From an uncultured Bacillota bacterium (GTDB lineage Bacteria > Bacillota_I > Bacilli_A > RFN20 > CAG-826): a DNA stretch of 64,000 nucleotides. This document shows, piece after piece, positions 38,467 through 47,969 of this stretch. The translations under genes and the position numbers were made by a program. How positions within the stretch are numbered: position 1 is the first letter of the stretch; the number at the start of each line of letters is the position of its first letter. Under the pieces are notes generated by a model, which saw only the letters and a program-made list of their open reading frames with translations, was not told where the DNA came from and searched no databases. The stretch lies in NCBI GenBank assembly GCA_949287245.1, contig CASEFL010000003.1, positions 67,404-131,403 on the forward strand, read 5' to 3'.

Positions 38467-40162
38467 ACTTTTTTAAAAGAATACGATTTTCTTCCTTAAG
38501 TGTTTCAAGAGGAAGGCGACAATTCATGCGTTTTTCATCCAGAAGACCATTTTGTTCTTGTTCTACATCCGCTAATTGAGTATATACGCATAAACTGAGA
38601 CCATATCTTTCAATATACATTCCCATCTTTTTCATTACTTTTTTAAACTGACGAATAAACCCTGCTTTTGAAAAGGCTAAGCGGTATAGTCGACTACCAA
38701 GGTGGAAGTAAGATACTCCCCCAAATTCTGTTTCTCCTAAAAGACGCGAAGAATCTTTTTTTAACTTTGGATAGTAGTAATAATGGTGGTATCCACGAAT
38801 ATCTCCACTTTTTTTATCAAACCATCCTGAAGCAGATTCAATGAAAATGTTTGAAACTTTCTTTTTAACTTCATGAGTAAGGCGCTCAGTATCAAATTGT
38901 CCCCATCCTTCATTAAATAATGAAATTTCTACAATAGATCCATAAAGAGAAAAATCGTTTAAAAATTGTTGTAGTTCCCGTTCAAAAAAGGCCCGTCCAG
39001 AAGCTTCTTTTCTTCCAAGATGATGATTAGCAACATCGGTTGCGTCAAAGCCAAGAAGTCCAAGAGGTTCTACCCACAATAAAGAAGGCTTTTCTCCCCC
39101 TTGAGGAATATCTTGGAAAATCGCCAAACCAAGAATCATCGCAACATAATAATAAAGTGGTTGTTCAATCTTTTGATGAAGACGAACGCCGCAAAACCCC
39201 GCTCTTTTTACAAATAATAAATCCTGGACAATGCTTTCTTTTGTTGAAGTATACCCCGCTTCACCATGATATCCTTGGTCAAGAAGAAGAGATAAAAATT
39301 GTGGCTTTTCATTCCAATATAAAAGAGAAGTCCCATGAATTTCTCTTTTCTCAATCTTCCTAAATATAGAATAAGTAGTTACCTTATCTTGTCCATAATG
39401 AACAACAATTTGATAGTAGGAAGGATGCTTTAAACTCCACGGATAAAAATCATAACGGAGTGAAAAAGTAACCATGTTGTTATCATCAAGTTTCCCTTCT
39501 GCTACCTTCCTTCCTTCAAAAAAACACTCAGCATAACCTTCCTCTGGCTCATCGCTATCGACAACTACCGTCAATAATCGGTTTTCATAGGAAGGAAGAA
39601 GGCGAAGTTTTTTAATATAAGGGCCATTAGGAAGGCGCTCTAAATAAACACTACGCCAAATGCCTGAAGTTTCCCTATAGCGGATTCCGCCCGATTTCTT
39701 ACTTTGTTTTCCACGAACAAATCTTGGGTCACTAACATCGTCTTTTACCACGACTTCCAACGTATTTCTTCTTCCTAATATAGGCAAATAAACACAAAAA
39801 GGAGAATAACCTCCTTCATGGTGATAAATCTTGATGCCATCCCAATAAATATCCGCAATTTGATCAACTCCTAAGAAATGCAAGTAAGCAGGATAACCAA
39901 TAAATTCTTTGGAAGGGACAATCTCTTTTCGATAACAAAGAAAATGATTGTTAGGAACTCTTTCTCCAATGCCTGACGCTTTTGATTCTGGAGCATAAGG
40001 AACAATGATTTTTCGGGAATAGCTATAAGGACATCTCATTTCCTTTTCAAAGGAAAAATCCCATTCTCCATCAAGAAGCAAAAAACATTCTCTTTGAAAG
40101 AAAGGGTTTGGATGGTTGCTTATTTTCGCGCATAAATTTTCATACTCAGAAGAAAAAAGCAT
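38423..40162 (-). CDS. glycoside hydrolase family 2 enzyme (beta-glucuronidase/beta-galactosidase-like)
   Basis: GH2 sugar-binding domain pattern (LDGEWDF...YRKEI...YLHFLGVDQIADIYWDGIKIYHHEGGYSPF) followed by a TIM-barrel region with NEG/WSxxNE-type segments; no signal peptide. Confidence 0.7.
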   Translation of the reverse strand: MLFSSEYENLCAKISNHPNPFFQRECFLLLDGEWDFSFEKEMRCPYSYSRKIIVPYAPESKASGIGERVPNNHFLCYRKEIVPSKEFIGYPAYLHFLGVDQIADIYWDGIKIYHHEGGYSPFCVYLPILGRRNTLEVVVKDDVSDPRFVRGKQSKKSGGIRYRETSGIWRSVYLERLPNGPYIKKLRLLPSYENRLLTVVVDSDEPEEGYAECFFEGRKVAEGKLDDNNMVTFSLRYDFYPWSLKHPSYYQIVVHYGQDKVTTYSIFRKIEKREIHGTSLLYWNEKPQFLSLLLDQGYHGEAGYTSTKESIVQDLLFVKRAGFCGVRLHQKIEQPLYYYVAMILGLAIFQDIPQGGEKPSLLWVEPLGLLGFDATDVANHHLGRKEASGRAFFERELQQFLNDFSLYGSIVEISLFNEGWGQFDTERLTHEVKKKVSNIFIESASGWFDKKSGDIRGYHHYYYYPKLKKDSSRLLGETEFGGVSYFHLGSRLYRLAFSKAGFIRQFKKVMKKMGMYIERYGLSLCVYTQLADVEQEQNGLLDEKRMNCRLPLETLKEENRILLKKYEQFVRQQGDENGY

Positions 40163-40182
40163 AGATTAATGTTAGCAAAAGA

Positions 40183-41391
40183 ATGTCACAAAGATTACTA
40201 TTTCTCATGATGAAAGAACAAGAAATTATTAAAAACTATCTCCAAGAGGCAAATGTTGCAGGATATCTTCTTTTTGATTACGAAGGAAAACACCCTTTAA
40301 TACAAAAAATGTTTCCTCATCTTCATTTAACAAGAAAATTATTTTGTTTCTTTTACCCCAACGGAAATTTTACGATAATTGCTCAAGAACTAGACGCTTT
40401 ACTTCTTAAAAAGAGTATAAATCATCCAAATGAATTACATGTTTATCAAACTTGGGAACAAATGTTATGTCTTTTAAAAGATTTTTTATCCTCTTTTAAA
40501 AAACCTTTCTTTATCGATTATAGCGATGATGGTCTTCTTATGCCGGTTTCTTTAGCGGATTATGGTACGACAAAATATATACTATCTTTAGGGCATAAAA
40601 TTCTTTCTTCTGCTTCCTTACTTGGTCTTCTTTCTTCTTATCTAAGCGAAGAAGAAATAGAAAGTCAAAAGGTGGCATCAAACCTTCTATTAACGATTAA
40701 AGATGAAGCTTTTGCCTACATAAAAGATAAGCATGTAAGTCAAAAGGAAGTAAATGAATATGAAGTACAGCAATTGATTCTTCGTCGTTTTAAAGAAGAA
40801 AACTTATATACGGACGAACCACCCATTGTTGCAACCGGGCAAAATGCTAGAAGCCCTCACTACGCCCCAAACAAAAATTGCTTTTCCTTAATCCAAAAAG
40901 AAGATCTTGTGCTTATCGACATGTGGGCAAAAAGAAATATGCCACGTGCCGTTTATGGTGATATCACTTGGATGGCATACTGTGGAAAAAACATCCCTTT
41001 AGAAATTGAAAATCGTTTTCAAATTATTCGTCAAGCAAGCGATGAATGTTTTGCCTTTATCAAAAACAATTATGGGAAAAAGAAAATCTACGGCTACCAA
41101 GCTGACGACATTACCCGCAATGTTATTACTAAGGCTGGCTGGGGCAAATATTTTACCCACCGGACAGGACATTCTATCGCCTATGACAATTCCCCTCATG
41201 GATGTGGCACAAACTTAGATAATTTTGAAACTCACGATACTAGAGAATTATTGCCTAATACTTCTTTTTCTATTGAGCCTGGCATTTATGCCTATGATTT
41301 TGGTATGCGCCTTGAAACAGATGTAACAATCATAAAAAACGTCCCAACCATTGTTGCGGGACGTCAAAAAGAAATCATTAAATTATTATAA
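40183..41391 (+). CDS. M24-family metallopeptidase (Xaa-Pro aminopeptidase/prolidase-like)
   Basis: Pita-bread fold motifs (DMWA...; HRTGHSIA; EPGIY) in the C-terminal half. Confidence 0.75.
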   Translation: MSQRLLFLMMKEQEIIKNYLQEANVAGYLLFDYEGKHPLIQKMFPHLHLTRKLFCFFYPNGNFTIIAQELDALLLKKSINHPNELHVYQTWEQMLCLLKDFLSSFKKPFFIDYSDDGLLMPVSLADYGTTKYILSLGHKILSSASLLGLLSSYLSEEEIESQKVASNLLLTIKDEAFAYIKDKHVSQKEVNEYEVQQLILRRFKEENLYTDEPPIVATGQNARSPHYAPNKNCFSLIQKEDLVLIDMWAKRNMPRAVYGDITWMAYCGKNIPLEIENRFQIIRQASDECFAFIKNNYGKKKIYGYQADDITRNVITKAGWGKYFTHRTGHSIAYDNSPHGCGTNLDNFETHDTRELLPNTSFSIEPGIYAYDFGMRLETDVTIIKNVPTIVAGRQKEIIKLL

Positions 41392-41424
41392 AATCAATAA
41401 ATTAGACTTACTTTTGCAAGGATT

Positions 41425-42621
41425 TTATGAGACAAGAGATTCAAGCCAAGCCTTAAATTCCTCTTCTTGCTTCTCATCCATTTTAAAATTCATCCGATAA
41501 GGAGGAAGAGTTTTTGTCTTTAATTGACGAAGCCGTTCCGTTAAATTGATTGCAGCCTCCCCACTCCAACCATAATCGCCAAAAGCGGCAGCTTTCTTTC
41601 CTTGAAGTTTTGTATAAGGGAAGGATAACAAGATGTCATAAAAGAAGGAAATTGCATCACCAACAAGAGTTGGACTACCTAAATAAAAGGAACCAGAATG
41701 AAGAATGTGTTCAAGAATTTTGGGTTTTTCTTCCGCATAATTTAAAGCATCAATAAGATGCAAATAAACTTCTTTCCCTTTGCTTTCCAAAAATTCCTTT
41801 ATTTGTAAGGCTAAATCTTTGGTATAGCCATAAGCACTAGCAGCAACAATGGTAACTTTATTTTGATCATTACTTGGAAGTCCTTCTTCCGCCAAGTGAC
41901 GATATAAAGCAATTTGATCTTGTGGATTCTGGTCAATTACTGGTCCATGTCCAGGCAAGATCCATTCAATATCCAAGGAAGAAACAGCATCACATGCTTT
42001 TATCACAAAGCTTGGGAATGGACCCATGATGTGGGTAAAGTAATACTTTAAAGCATCATAATATCCCTCTTTATTTTGCTCTTTTGAAAGCAAAAGAGAA
42101 TCCGAGGCAAAATGTGCCCCAAAAGCATCACAGGAAACCAAGGCTTTTAACTCATGAATGTAAGTAAACATAACATCCGGCCAATGAAGATTTAATCCTG
42201 AATAAAAGGAAAAAGTATATTGTCCAATCTTCATGTCTTTTCCAGGAGTCATCACCACACTTTTAAATGGGCGACGAATAATCTTATTAAGATTCAATAA
42301 AGCTCCAGTTGAAGCGACAACAACAAGCTCTGGATTTCTTTCCAAAAGAAGGTGAATTGCGCCGCTATGATCTGGCTCAGTATGAGTAACGAATAAATAA
42401 GAAATCGATGATAAAGGAGCAATTTCTTCAATATGCTCGATTTGTTCTTCACCAAAAGCTTCTTTACTCCCCTCAAAAACAATGTTTCCTTCCTCTGTTT
42501 TTAATAAGTAAGAGTTATAAGAAGTTCCATACGCGGTAAGAATTGCTACATCAAACACTTTTAAAGAGTGGTCAATAACACCGACGTAATAAAGATTTTT
42601 TGTTAATTCTTGAATTGCCAT
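41425..42621 (-). CDS. flavodiiron protein (FprA / type-A flavoprotein; O2/NO reductase)
   Basis: Metallo-beta-lactamase-like diiron site HxExDH (VTHTEPDHSGA) fused to a C-terminal flavodoxin domain. TATAAT 19 nt upstream of the ATG. Confidence 0.8.
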   Translation of the reverse strand: MAIQELTKNLYYVGVIDHSLKVFDVAILTAYGTSYNSYLLKTEEGNIVFEGSKEAFGEEQIEHIEEIAPLSSISYLFVTHTEPDHSGAIHLLLERNPELVVVASTGALLNLNKIIRRPFKSVVMTPGKDMKIGQYTFSFYSGLNLHWPDVMFTYIHELKALVSCDAFGAHFASDSLLLSKEQNKEGYYDALKYYFTHIMGPFPSFVIKACDAVSSLDIEWILPGHGPVIDQNPQDQIALYRHLAEEGLPSNDQNKVTIVAASAYGYTKDLALQIKEFLESKGKEVYLHLIDALNYAEEKPKILEHILHSGSFYLGSPTLVGDAISFFYDILLSFPYTKLQGKKAAAFGDYGWSGEAAINLTERLRQLKTKTLPPYRMNFKMDEKQEEEFKAWLESLVS

Positions 42622-42678
42622 ATTTTTCTCCCGCGCGCATTATAGCGACTCTTCACTCAATTTTCTTTTTAAACGCTT

Positions 42679-42701
42679 AAAAAAGGAGGGCATTGCCCTC
42701 C
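42679..42701 (-). terminator. intrinsic terminator after sHSP gene
   Basis: On the minus strand, GGAGGGCAAUGCCCUCC hairpin followed by UUUUUUAAG. Confidence 0.65.
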
Positions 42702-42720
42702 TTATACCCAACATATTTAT

Positions 42721-43164
42721 TTATTCAATCGTGATAAGGTGCTCTTCTTCTTTTTTCTTCTCTTGATTTGGGAAAGTAAGAGTTAAAACACCATCTTTAA
42801 AGGCAGCCTTAATCTCTTTTTCATCAATCTCCCCAACATAGAAAGTACGAGAGGTAGAGCCATAGAAGCGTTCACGACGAACCATTGACTTCTTATTGTT
42901 TTCTTCTTCATAAGGAGTTTCTTTCCTTACTGCTTTAATGGTGAGATATCCATCTTTAAAAACAATTTGAATGTCTTCCTTTTTAAACCCAGGAAGTTCA
43001 ATTTCCATTACATAACTATCCTTTAATTGATGAATATCTGTTGGCATAGAAAAATTAGGAGTAGAACGAATTTCATTTTCATTTCGGAAGAAATCCGGCG
43101 CAAAGAAATCTAAGAATGGATAACGAAACAAATTTCGTTCAACATTAGTAAGATCAAATTTCAT
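42721..43164 (-). CDS. Hsp20/alpha-crystallin family small heat-shock protein
   Basis: Alpha-crystallin domain (...DSYVMEIELPGFKKEDIQI...AAFKDGVLTLTFPNQ). Start trimmed to the ATG with GGAGG 8 nt upstream. Confidence 0.85.
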   Translation of the reverse strand: MKFDLTNVERNLFRYPFLDFFAPDFFRNENEIRSTPNFSMPTDIHQLKDSYVMEIELPGFKKEDIQIVFKDGYLTIKAVRKETPYEEENNKKSMVRRERFYGSTSRTFYVGEIDEKEIKAAFKDGVLTLTFPNQEKKKEEEHLITIE

Positions 43165-43184
43165 AATAAGTACCTCCATCAGTT

Positions 43185-43211
43185 TTAGCAGTCTTCCTAT
43201 CTAACTGCTAA
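43185..43211. promoter_or_regulatory. CIRCE-like inverted repeat TTAGCAGTC-N9-AACTGCTAA in sHSP 5' leader
   Basis: Perfect spacing for CIRCE (consensus TTAGCACTC-N9-GAGTGCTAA) but with a symmetric C>G change in each arm. It lies between the putative promoter and the SD of the sHSP gene. Confidence 0.5.
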
Positions 43212-43230
43212 ACATAGTCTAGTCTTCTTT

Positions 43231-43257
43231 TTAGCAGTGTCAACACCAGTCTGCTAA
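43231..43257. promoter_or_regulatory. second TTAGCAG-N13-CTGCTAA inverted repeat overlapping a TTGACA -35 box
   Basis: Same half-sites as the first repeat but with a 13-nt spacer. On the minus strand, TTGACA (43243..43238), a 16-nt spacer and TAGACT (43221..43216) form a candidate promoter. Confidence 0.4.
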
Positions 43258-43269
43258 TTTTTTAAAAAT

Positions 43270-43566
43270 TTAGGGGAGGTATTCTAAAATTTCTTTCTTC
43301 CTATTCTCAATCAATGGACATGGATACCACTCTCCTTGATAAGTATTTTTAAAAACTCTACCTAAGGTATTTTCAATTAATGATATTAAGTAACCAGCCG
43401 CTTTTTCCTTTTCTCCTTCCGAAGATAAAGCAAACGCCTTTCTTGCGGCATCCCCAATTTCCGGGAAGGAAAATTTACCCCATCCTGGTAAATATAAGGT
43501 TAAATATTCTTCAACAAGCTTTGTGCAATAGTTTAATAAATTATGAAGTGAAGGATTTTTATTCAT
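43270..43566 (-). CDS. hypothetical small protein (98 aa)
   Basis: Intact ORF between two terminators; no recognisable motif. Confidence 0.4.
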   Translation of the reverse strand: MNKNPSLHNLLNYCTKLVEEYLTLYLPGWGKFSFPEIGDAARKAFALSSEGEKEKAAGYLISLIENTLGRVFKNTYQGEWYPCPLIENRKKEILEYLP

Positions 43567-43586
43567 ACTCCTTTATAGAAGCGAAA

Positions 43587-43611
43587 ACAAAAAAAGGCCC
43601 TAGAAGGCCTT
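43587..43611. terminator. bidirectional intrinsic terminator ending the opp-protease operon
   Basis: AAAAAAA-AAGGCC-ctagaa-GGCCTT-AAAAATTTCTTTTTTT. Confidence 0.65.
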
Positions 43612-43632
43612 AAAAATTTCTTTTTTTCGTTC

Positions 43633-44097
43633 TTAGTTTTTCTTCAATAATCCCATAAACCCTGGGACAAAACATAAGACTGCCGTAACAATCGCGGCTG
43701 CTCCACTAGCAATAAATCCCCATCCTAAAGTTAATGTTGGATCAGTAATAAAAGAACCAATTAATCCTTGGGCAGTAAAAAATAACACTCCAGGAATGAG
43801 GAACAAAATGCCGGAAAGCACATAAATAAAGCCGGCAAACTTTTTCCCACCTTTTCCAAAACTAAGCCCAAGAGCAAGAAGAAGGAAAAGTGCCCCAATA
43901 AGCATAAGGACAAAGGAGGCAATCATTGCGGTATTTGCTTCCGCATGATGAGCTTGATTACCAAAAACAAAATCATAGCCGTAGAAATATTCTCCTAAGG
44001 CATTGGTAAATCCTTGCCCACATAAAAGAACAAAAGCAAGAACTGCAGCAATTAGGGCGCTAAACCCACAAGCAAGATAAATTGTATTTTTCTTCAT
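43633..44097 (-). CDS. small polytopic membrane protein (last gene of opp-protease operon)
   Basis: Four predicted TM helices. Start chosen at MKKNTIYLAC with AAAGGG 5 nt upstream; the ORF-track start 17 codons further upstream is also possible. Confidence 0.5.
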   Translation of the reverse strand: MKKNTIYLACGFSALIAAVLAFVLLCGQGFTNALGEYFYGYDFVFGNQAHHAEANTAMIASFVLMLIGALFLLLALGLSFGKGGKKFAGFIYVLSGILFLIPGVLFFTAQGLIGSFITDPTLTLGWGFIASGAAAIVTAVLCFVPGFMGLLKKN

Positions 44098-44149
44098 AGA
44101 AACCCTTTCTAACGTTGCTATCTTAGATAAGTCTCCTTCTTCCATCAAG

Positions 44150-45778
44150 TTAAAATGGATAAGTAATGGTTAAGGAAGCTTTATCCCCTAAAGAATTAAC
44201 CGTAATTGTTGGTAAATCAAAGAAATAAGAACCATCATTCGTTACTCCTTGTCCACCAAGTGGGAATTGACGATAGGCCTCATTAGGATCAAAAACATCG
44301 CCAACTTGGAATAAATCATCATTGGTTTGTACAAGATAAGAATCACCAAAATTCTTTTTTGGATTCTTCGAAATAAATGTCAGTTGACGGATATGGGCAA
44401 CATCAGGATTAGCGGAAATACCATATTCCGGATAAGAGGTTGATTCCCAGTTATATCCTTGGGCATTGGAAAAAGCGACCATTTGATTGACAACAACACT
44501 GTCGCCAACTTGTTGATATTCATCTCCCATTTCATAAAGTTCATCGGTATAGGCAAAAGAATATTGATAAGTTGTCCCCCAAACTCCAGCAGGATCAGCA
44601 CGTAATTGAAGTAATCGAGAATCGACATGCCAAATACGAATTCCTTCTTCTTGAAGGCCTTGTGTTTGTCCATAAGGAGTTTCACTGTCGGCTTGATTAA
44701 GAAGAGTTGGCGTATAGTATTCCACCATTAGAAATTCATCAAATGCGCTGCCATTAAAGCCGTCTGGGGTTGGGATAAGGAGTGCTTCTCCCGTTTCGGC
44801 TAATGAGCCAATTTCAATGGTTTTACTTTCTTTATTTGCGATTTGGGGAGATATCCAACCTAAAGCATATTTACTCCAGGCATTATGATCGATGATATTA
44901 AAGTCCATCATATCAACCCCACCAGCAGGAGACACGGAAGAATAATAACTGCTATCGTAGTAATCTGGTAAACCAAGAAGATGACCAGTTTCATGGATAT
45001 AAGTATGGGCGTCAATCCCGCCTTCTCCATATCCTTCATTCATAAAATCCCAAGAAGCCCATGCAAAACTCATGGGAACAGGAGAAGCATGATTTTCTTC
45101 CTCCATATTCCAATAAGTATATGCCCAGTTATTTTCTGGAGCGTTCCAATCGTTTTGACAGTTTGGTCCAGAATAAATAACCCAAACAGAATCAATATAA
45201 CCATCAGCATCCGTATCAAAACGAGAAGTATCGAGAAGCCCTTCATTTTCCCAATATTGAATGGCATCTTTCATCACTTGAATTGCTCCTTCTGCCGTAG
45301 CAGCAGAAGAATTTAAATTTTCAATTTGATGAGAAGAGTATCCACAATCAAACCAAGGCATTATTTCGCCATTTAAATGCAAAGCGCCATAAGAGCTCTT
45401 CTCATAAAAAGAAGCAACCGATTCCCAAGATGTTTCTTCACTTTCTCCAAAAAAACAAGCTTCTAAACGGGTAAGAATTCTTTCTTGTTCGCTTACGGAT
45501 AAAGAATAATCGCTTTGAAGAATAGGAAGAACAAGAATGGAGGGAGAGCCAATGCTGGTTAAAGTTGCTTGGGCAAGTCCTGGTCCCCCATTACGATTCA
45601 CATCTTCATAAGTTATGGTTGTAAAAGCCTTTTCATAACTATTTGCCGTCCCACTTCCAAGAGAAAAGGATGAATTTTGATGAGTACTACTTTCTCCTAG
45701 AAATTTTGCAAAAAAATCGCAAGAGGATAAAGAGAGGGTTAACGCAAATAACCCTGCAAAAAGGAAATATTTTTTCAT
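44150..45778 (-). CDS. secreted zinc metalloprotease lipoprotein, M6 (immune inhibitor A)-like
   Basis: Lipobox LSLSS|C. The zinc-binding block HETGHLLGLPDYYD, followed by VDMMD...ALGW, matches the M6/InhA HExxHxxGxxDxY plus downstream Met-turn pattern. Confidence 0.7.
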   Translation of the reverse strand: MKKYFLFAGLFALTLSLSSCDFFAKFLGESSTHQNSSFSLGSGTANSYEKAFTTITYEDVNRNGGPGLAQATLTSIGSPSILVLPILQSDYSLSVSEQERILTRLEACFFGESEETSWESVASFYEKSSYGALHLNGEIMPWFDCGYSSHQIENLNSSAATAEGAIQVMKDAIQYWENEGLLDTSRFDTDADGYIDSVWVIYSGPNCQNDWNAPENNWAYTYWNMEEENHASPVPMSFAWASWDFMNEGYGEGGIDAHTYIHETGHLLGLPDYYDSSYYSSVSPAGGVDMMDFNIIDHNAWSKYALGWISPQIANKESKTIEIGSLAETGEALLIPTPDGFNGSAFDEFLMVEYYTPTLLNQADSETPYGQTQGLQEEGIRIWHVDSRLLQLRADPAGVWGTTYQYSFAYTDELYEMGDEYQQVGDSVVVNQMVAFSNAQGYNWESTSYPEYGISANPDVAHIRQLTFISKNPKKNFGDSYLVQTNDDLFQVGDVFDPNEAYRQFPLGGQGVTNDGSYFFDLPTITVNSLGDKASLTITYPF

Positions 45779-45781
45779 ATT

Positions 45782-46492
45782 TTATAGTCTCGACGTAATA
45801 TCCCCGATTGGATTTCCAAACTCATCAAGTTGAAGTGGATGAGGATCAAAATCACAAAGAATCGAGGTAGAAGTGGCGAATATTGACTCCATTAAAATTA
45901 AAATTCCTGCCAGCATACCAAGCCAGAAAACTGGATCATCTTGCTTAGAAAAAGAATCCAAAATGCTATAGGAAAAACAAACAGCAAGGAATAAAAAGAC
46001 TATGGCTCCCCCAGTAGCGGTCTTATATTTCCAATCTGCATCCCCGTCCATTGCCTTAACGCAATAAAAGAACAAAGAAGCAAAACAGAAGAGAGCAGCA
46101 ACGACATAAAATACGCCACTAGTCGTCCCTGTAGCGCCTTTTAAGAAGGCAACAATGGCAATCGTTAAACTGTAACCAAAGACAGCAACTCCATGAAGAA
46201 GAACTAACAAAATATGACTAGCCTTTTTACGGTAGAGAAGATCAAAGAAAGAAATTAACGATAAAAAGAAGGCAATGCCCATAAAAACATTGAAAGTCGT
46301 TGGTTCAGATAAATTAGTTACGGCACTTAAATCACTAGACCAATAGCAAATCCAATATAATCCAGTAAGAAGAACCATTCCTAACGCAAAAATGGACAAA
46401 CCAGAAAATGAAGGAACATAGGTTTTCCCATTAGGAAGAGAAATAATAAAGTAACGTTTTATTTTAGAAAAAAATTGTCGAAGATTACGCAT
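45782..46492 (-). CDS. polytopic membrane protein of unknown function
   Basis: About six TM helices; translationally coupled to both oppF and the protease gene. Confidence 0.5.
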   Translation of the reverse strand: MRNLRQFFSKIKRYFIISLPNGKTYVPSFSGLSIFALGMVLLTGLYWICYWSSDLSAVTNLSEPTTFNVFMGIAFFLSLISFFDLLYRKKASHILLVLLHGVAVFGYSLTIAIVAFLKGATGTTSGVFYVVAALFCFASLFFYCVKAMDGDADWKYKTATGGAIVFLFLAVCFSYSILDSFSKQDDPVFWLGMLAGILILMESIFATSTSILCDFDPHPLQLDEFGNPIGDITSRL

Positions 46493-46493
46493 A

Positions 46494-47969
46494 TTATTCC
46501 CCTTTCTCCCGCGCTAAATCTAAAGCACGAATTTCTTCTTCATAACGGTCCATTTCCACTCCATTGGCTAAAACAAAATGTCCCGGACGAATTTCTTGTA
46601 AGATAGGTTTTTCTTTTGAATAATCGTGAACTTCTGCAGGATTATAGACTTTCCGCACTCTCTTTTTCTCTCCTCGTGGATCGGGTTTTGGAATTGCACT
46701 AAGCAAAGCTTTTGTATAAGGATGAAGAGGATGGGCAAAAAGTTCATCACTGGTCGCTAATTCCACAATTGAACCAAAATACATAACAGCAATCCGGTCA
46801 CAGAAATACTTAACAACAGAAAGATCATGAGCAATGAAAAGCATGGTTAATCCCATTTCTTCTTTTACATCATTTAACAAATTCAAAATTTGTGCACGAA
46901 TCGAAACGTCTAAGGCGCTAATCGGCTCGTCACAAATTAAGAATTTTGGATTCATAATCAAAGCTCTAGCAATGCCGATTCTTTGTCTTTGTCCGCCAGA
47001 GAATTCGTGAGGATAACGAGAAGCATACTCTGGGATAAGACCAACTTTTTGAAGCATATCCACGCACTTTTGGTGATTCTCAGCACGATTCCGTTGATGC
47101 TGAATCTTTAATCCTTCTTGAATAATATCTTCAACAGTCATCCGGGGGTCTAAAGAATCAACAGGATCTTGGAAAATCATCTGAATTTCTGTTGAGAGTT
47201 TTGGATCGCGATGAGAATCGTCATAACGAATCTGTTTAATTTGTTCTTTTTGTTCCGCAATATGTTTCTTTAAATCTTCGCGAATAATAGTAATTTGTTT
47301 TTTGTATCGTTCTTTAATGGCTTCAACATCGCCTTCTTTAGCAAGAATTGCCGCTTTTCTTTCTTCTTCTAAAGTATGAATTCTAGCCATATGTTCTTTG
47401 CGAACTTGTTCTATGGCAGGAAGCGTTCCGTCATCGGAAGTATTGTATTCAGAAATTTCTTGTTCCATGTCCGCTTTTTCGCGTTCAATTAATGAAGCAA
47501 GGTCATCTGGATTCACTCCCCCATTTTTAATCGCAGCAATTGCTGCATTCATTTCTCTTTTTAAAGAAGCAATTTTCTCTAGAGCATGAATTCTGCTCCA
47601 TTTAATTTCTTTTTCATTCCACCGCGAGCCAGCAGCAATTCTGACCCCTTTATAGTAAATAGAACCAGAGGTGATGTCATAAAGATTAATAATGCAACGA
47701 CCCGTTGTCGTTTTTCCGCATCCAGACTCTCCAACAAGACCAAAACATTCCCCTTCTTTAATATCAAAGGAAATATCATGAACGGCTTTCGTCTTATATC
47801 CTCCACCCATATTAAAGAATTGCTTTAAATGACGAACAGAAAGAATCGTACGCGAATCCGCTAACTCCTTACGAAAAGTTACTTTTGGATCGCTAGGAGG
47901 ATTCCATGGTTCAAGTTCACTAGGAGAACCCTCTTTTTTATGAAGTTGAACTTCTTTTTCTTCACTCAT
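46494..47969 (-). CDS. oppF: oligopeptide ABC transporter ATP-binding protein OppF with ~170-aa coiled-coil insertion
   Basis: Walker A GESGCGKTT, ABC signature LSGGQRQRIGIARAL, Walker B ICDEP and the oligopeptide C-terminal domain. The insert is rich in E/K/R heptads. Confidence 0.85.
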   Translation of the reverse strand: MSEEKEVQLHKKEGSPSELEPWNPPSDPKVTFRKELADSRTILSVRHLKQFFNMGGGYKTKAVHDISFDIKEGECFGLVGESGCGKTTTGRCIINLYDITSGSIYYKGVRIAAGSRWNEKEIKWSRIHALEKIASLKREMNAAIAAIKNGGVNPDDLASLIEREKADMEQEISEYNTSDDGTLPAIEQVRKEHMARIHTLEEERKAAILAKEGDVEAIKERYKKQITIIREDLKKHIAEQKEQIKQIRYDDSHRDPKLSTEIQMIFQDPVDSLDPRMTVEDIIQEGLKIQHQRNRAENHQKCVDMLQKVGLIPEYASRYPHEFSGGQRQRIGIARALIMNPKFLICDEPISALDVSIRAQILNLLNDVKEEMGLTMLFIAHDLSVVKYFCDRIAVMYFGSIVELATSDELFAHPLHPYTKALLSAIPKPDPRGEKKRVRKVYNPAEVHDYSKEKPILQEIRPGHFVLANGVEMDRYEEEIRALDLAREKGE

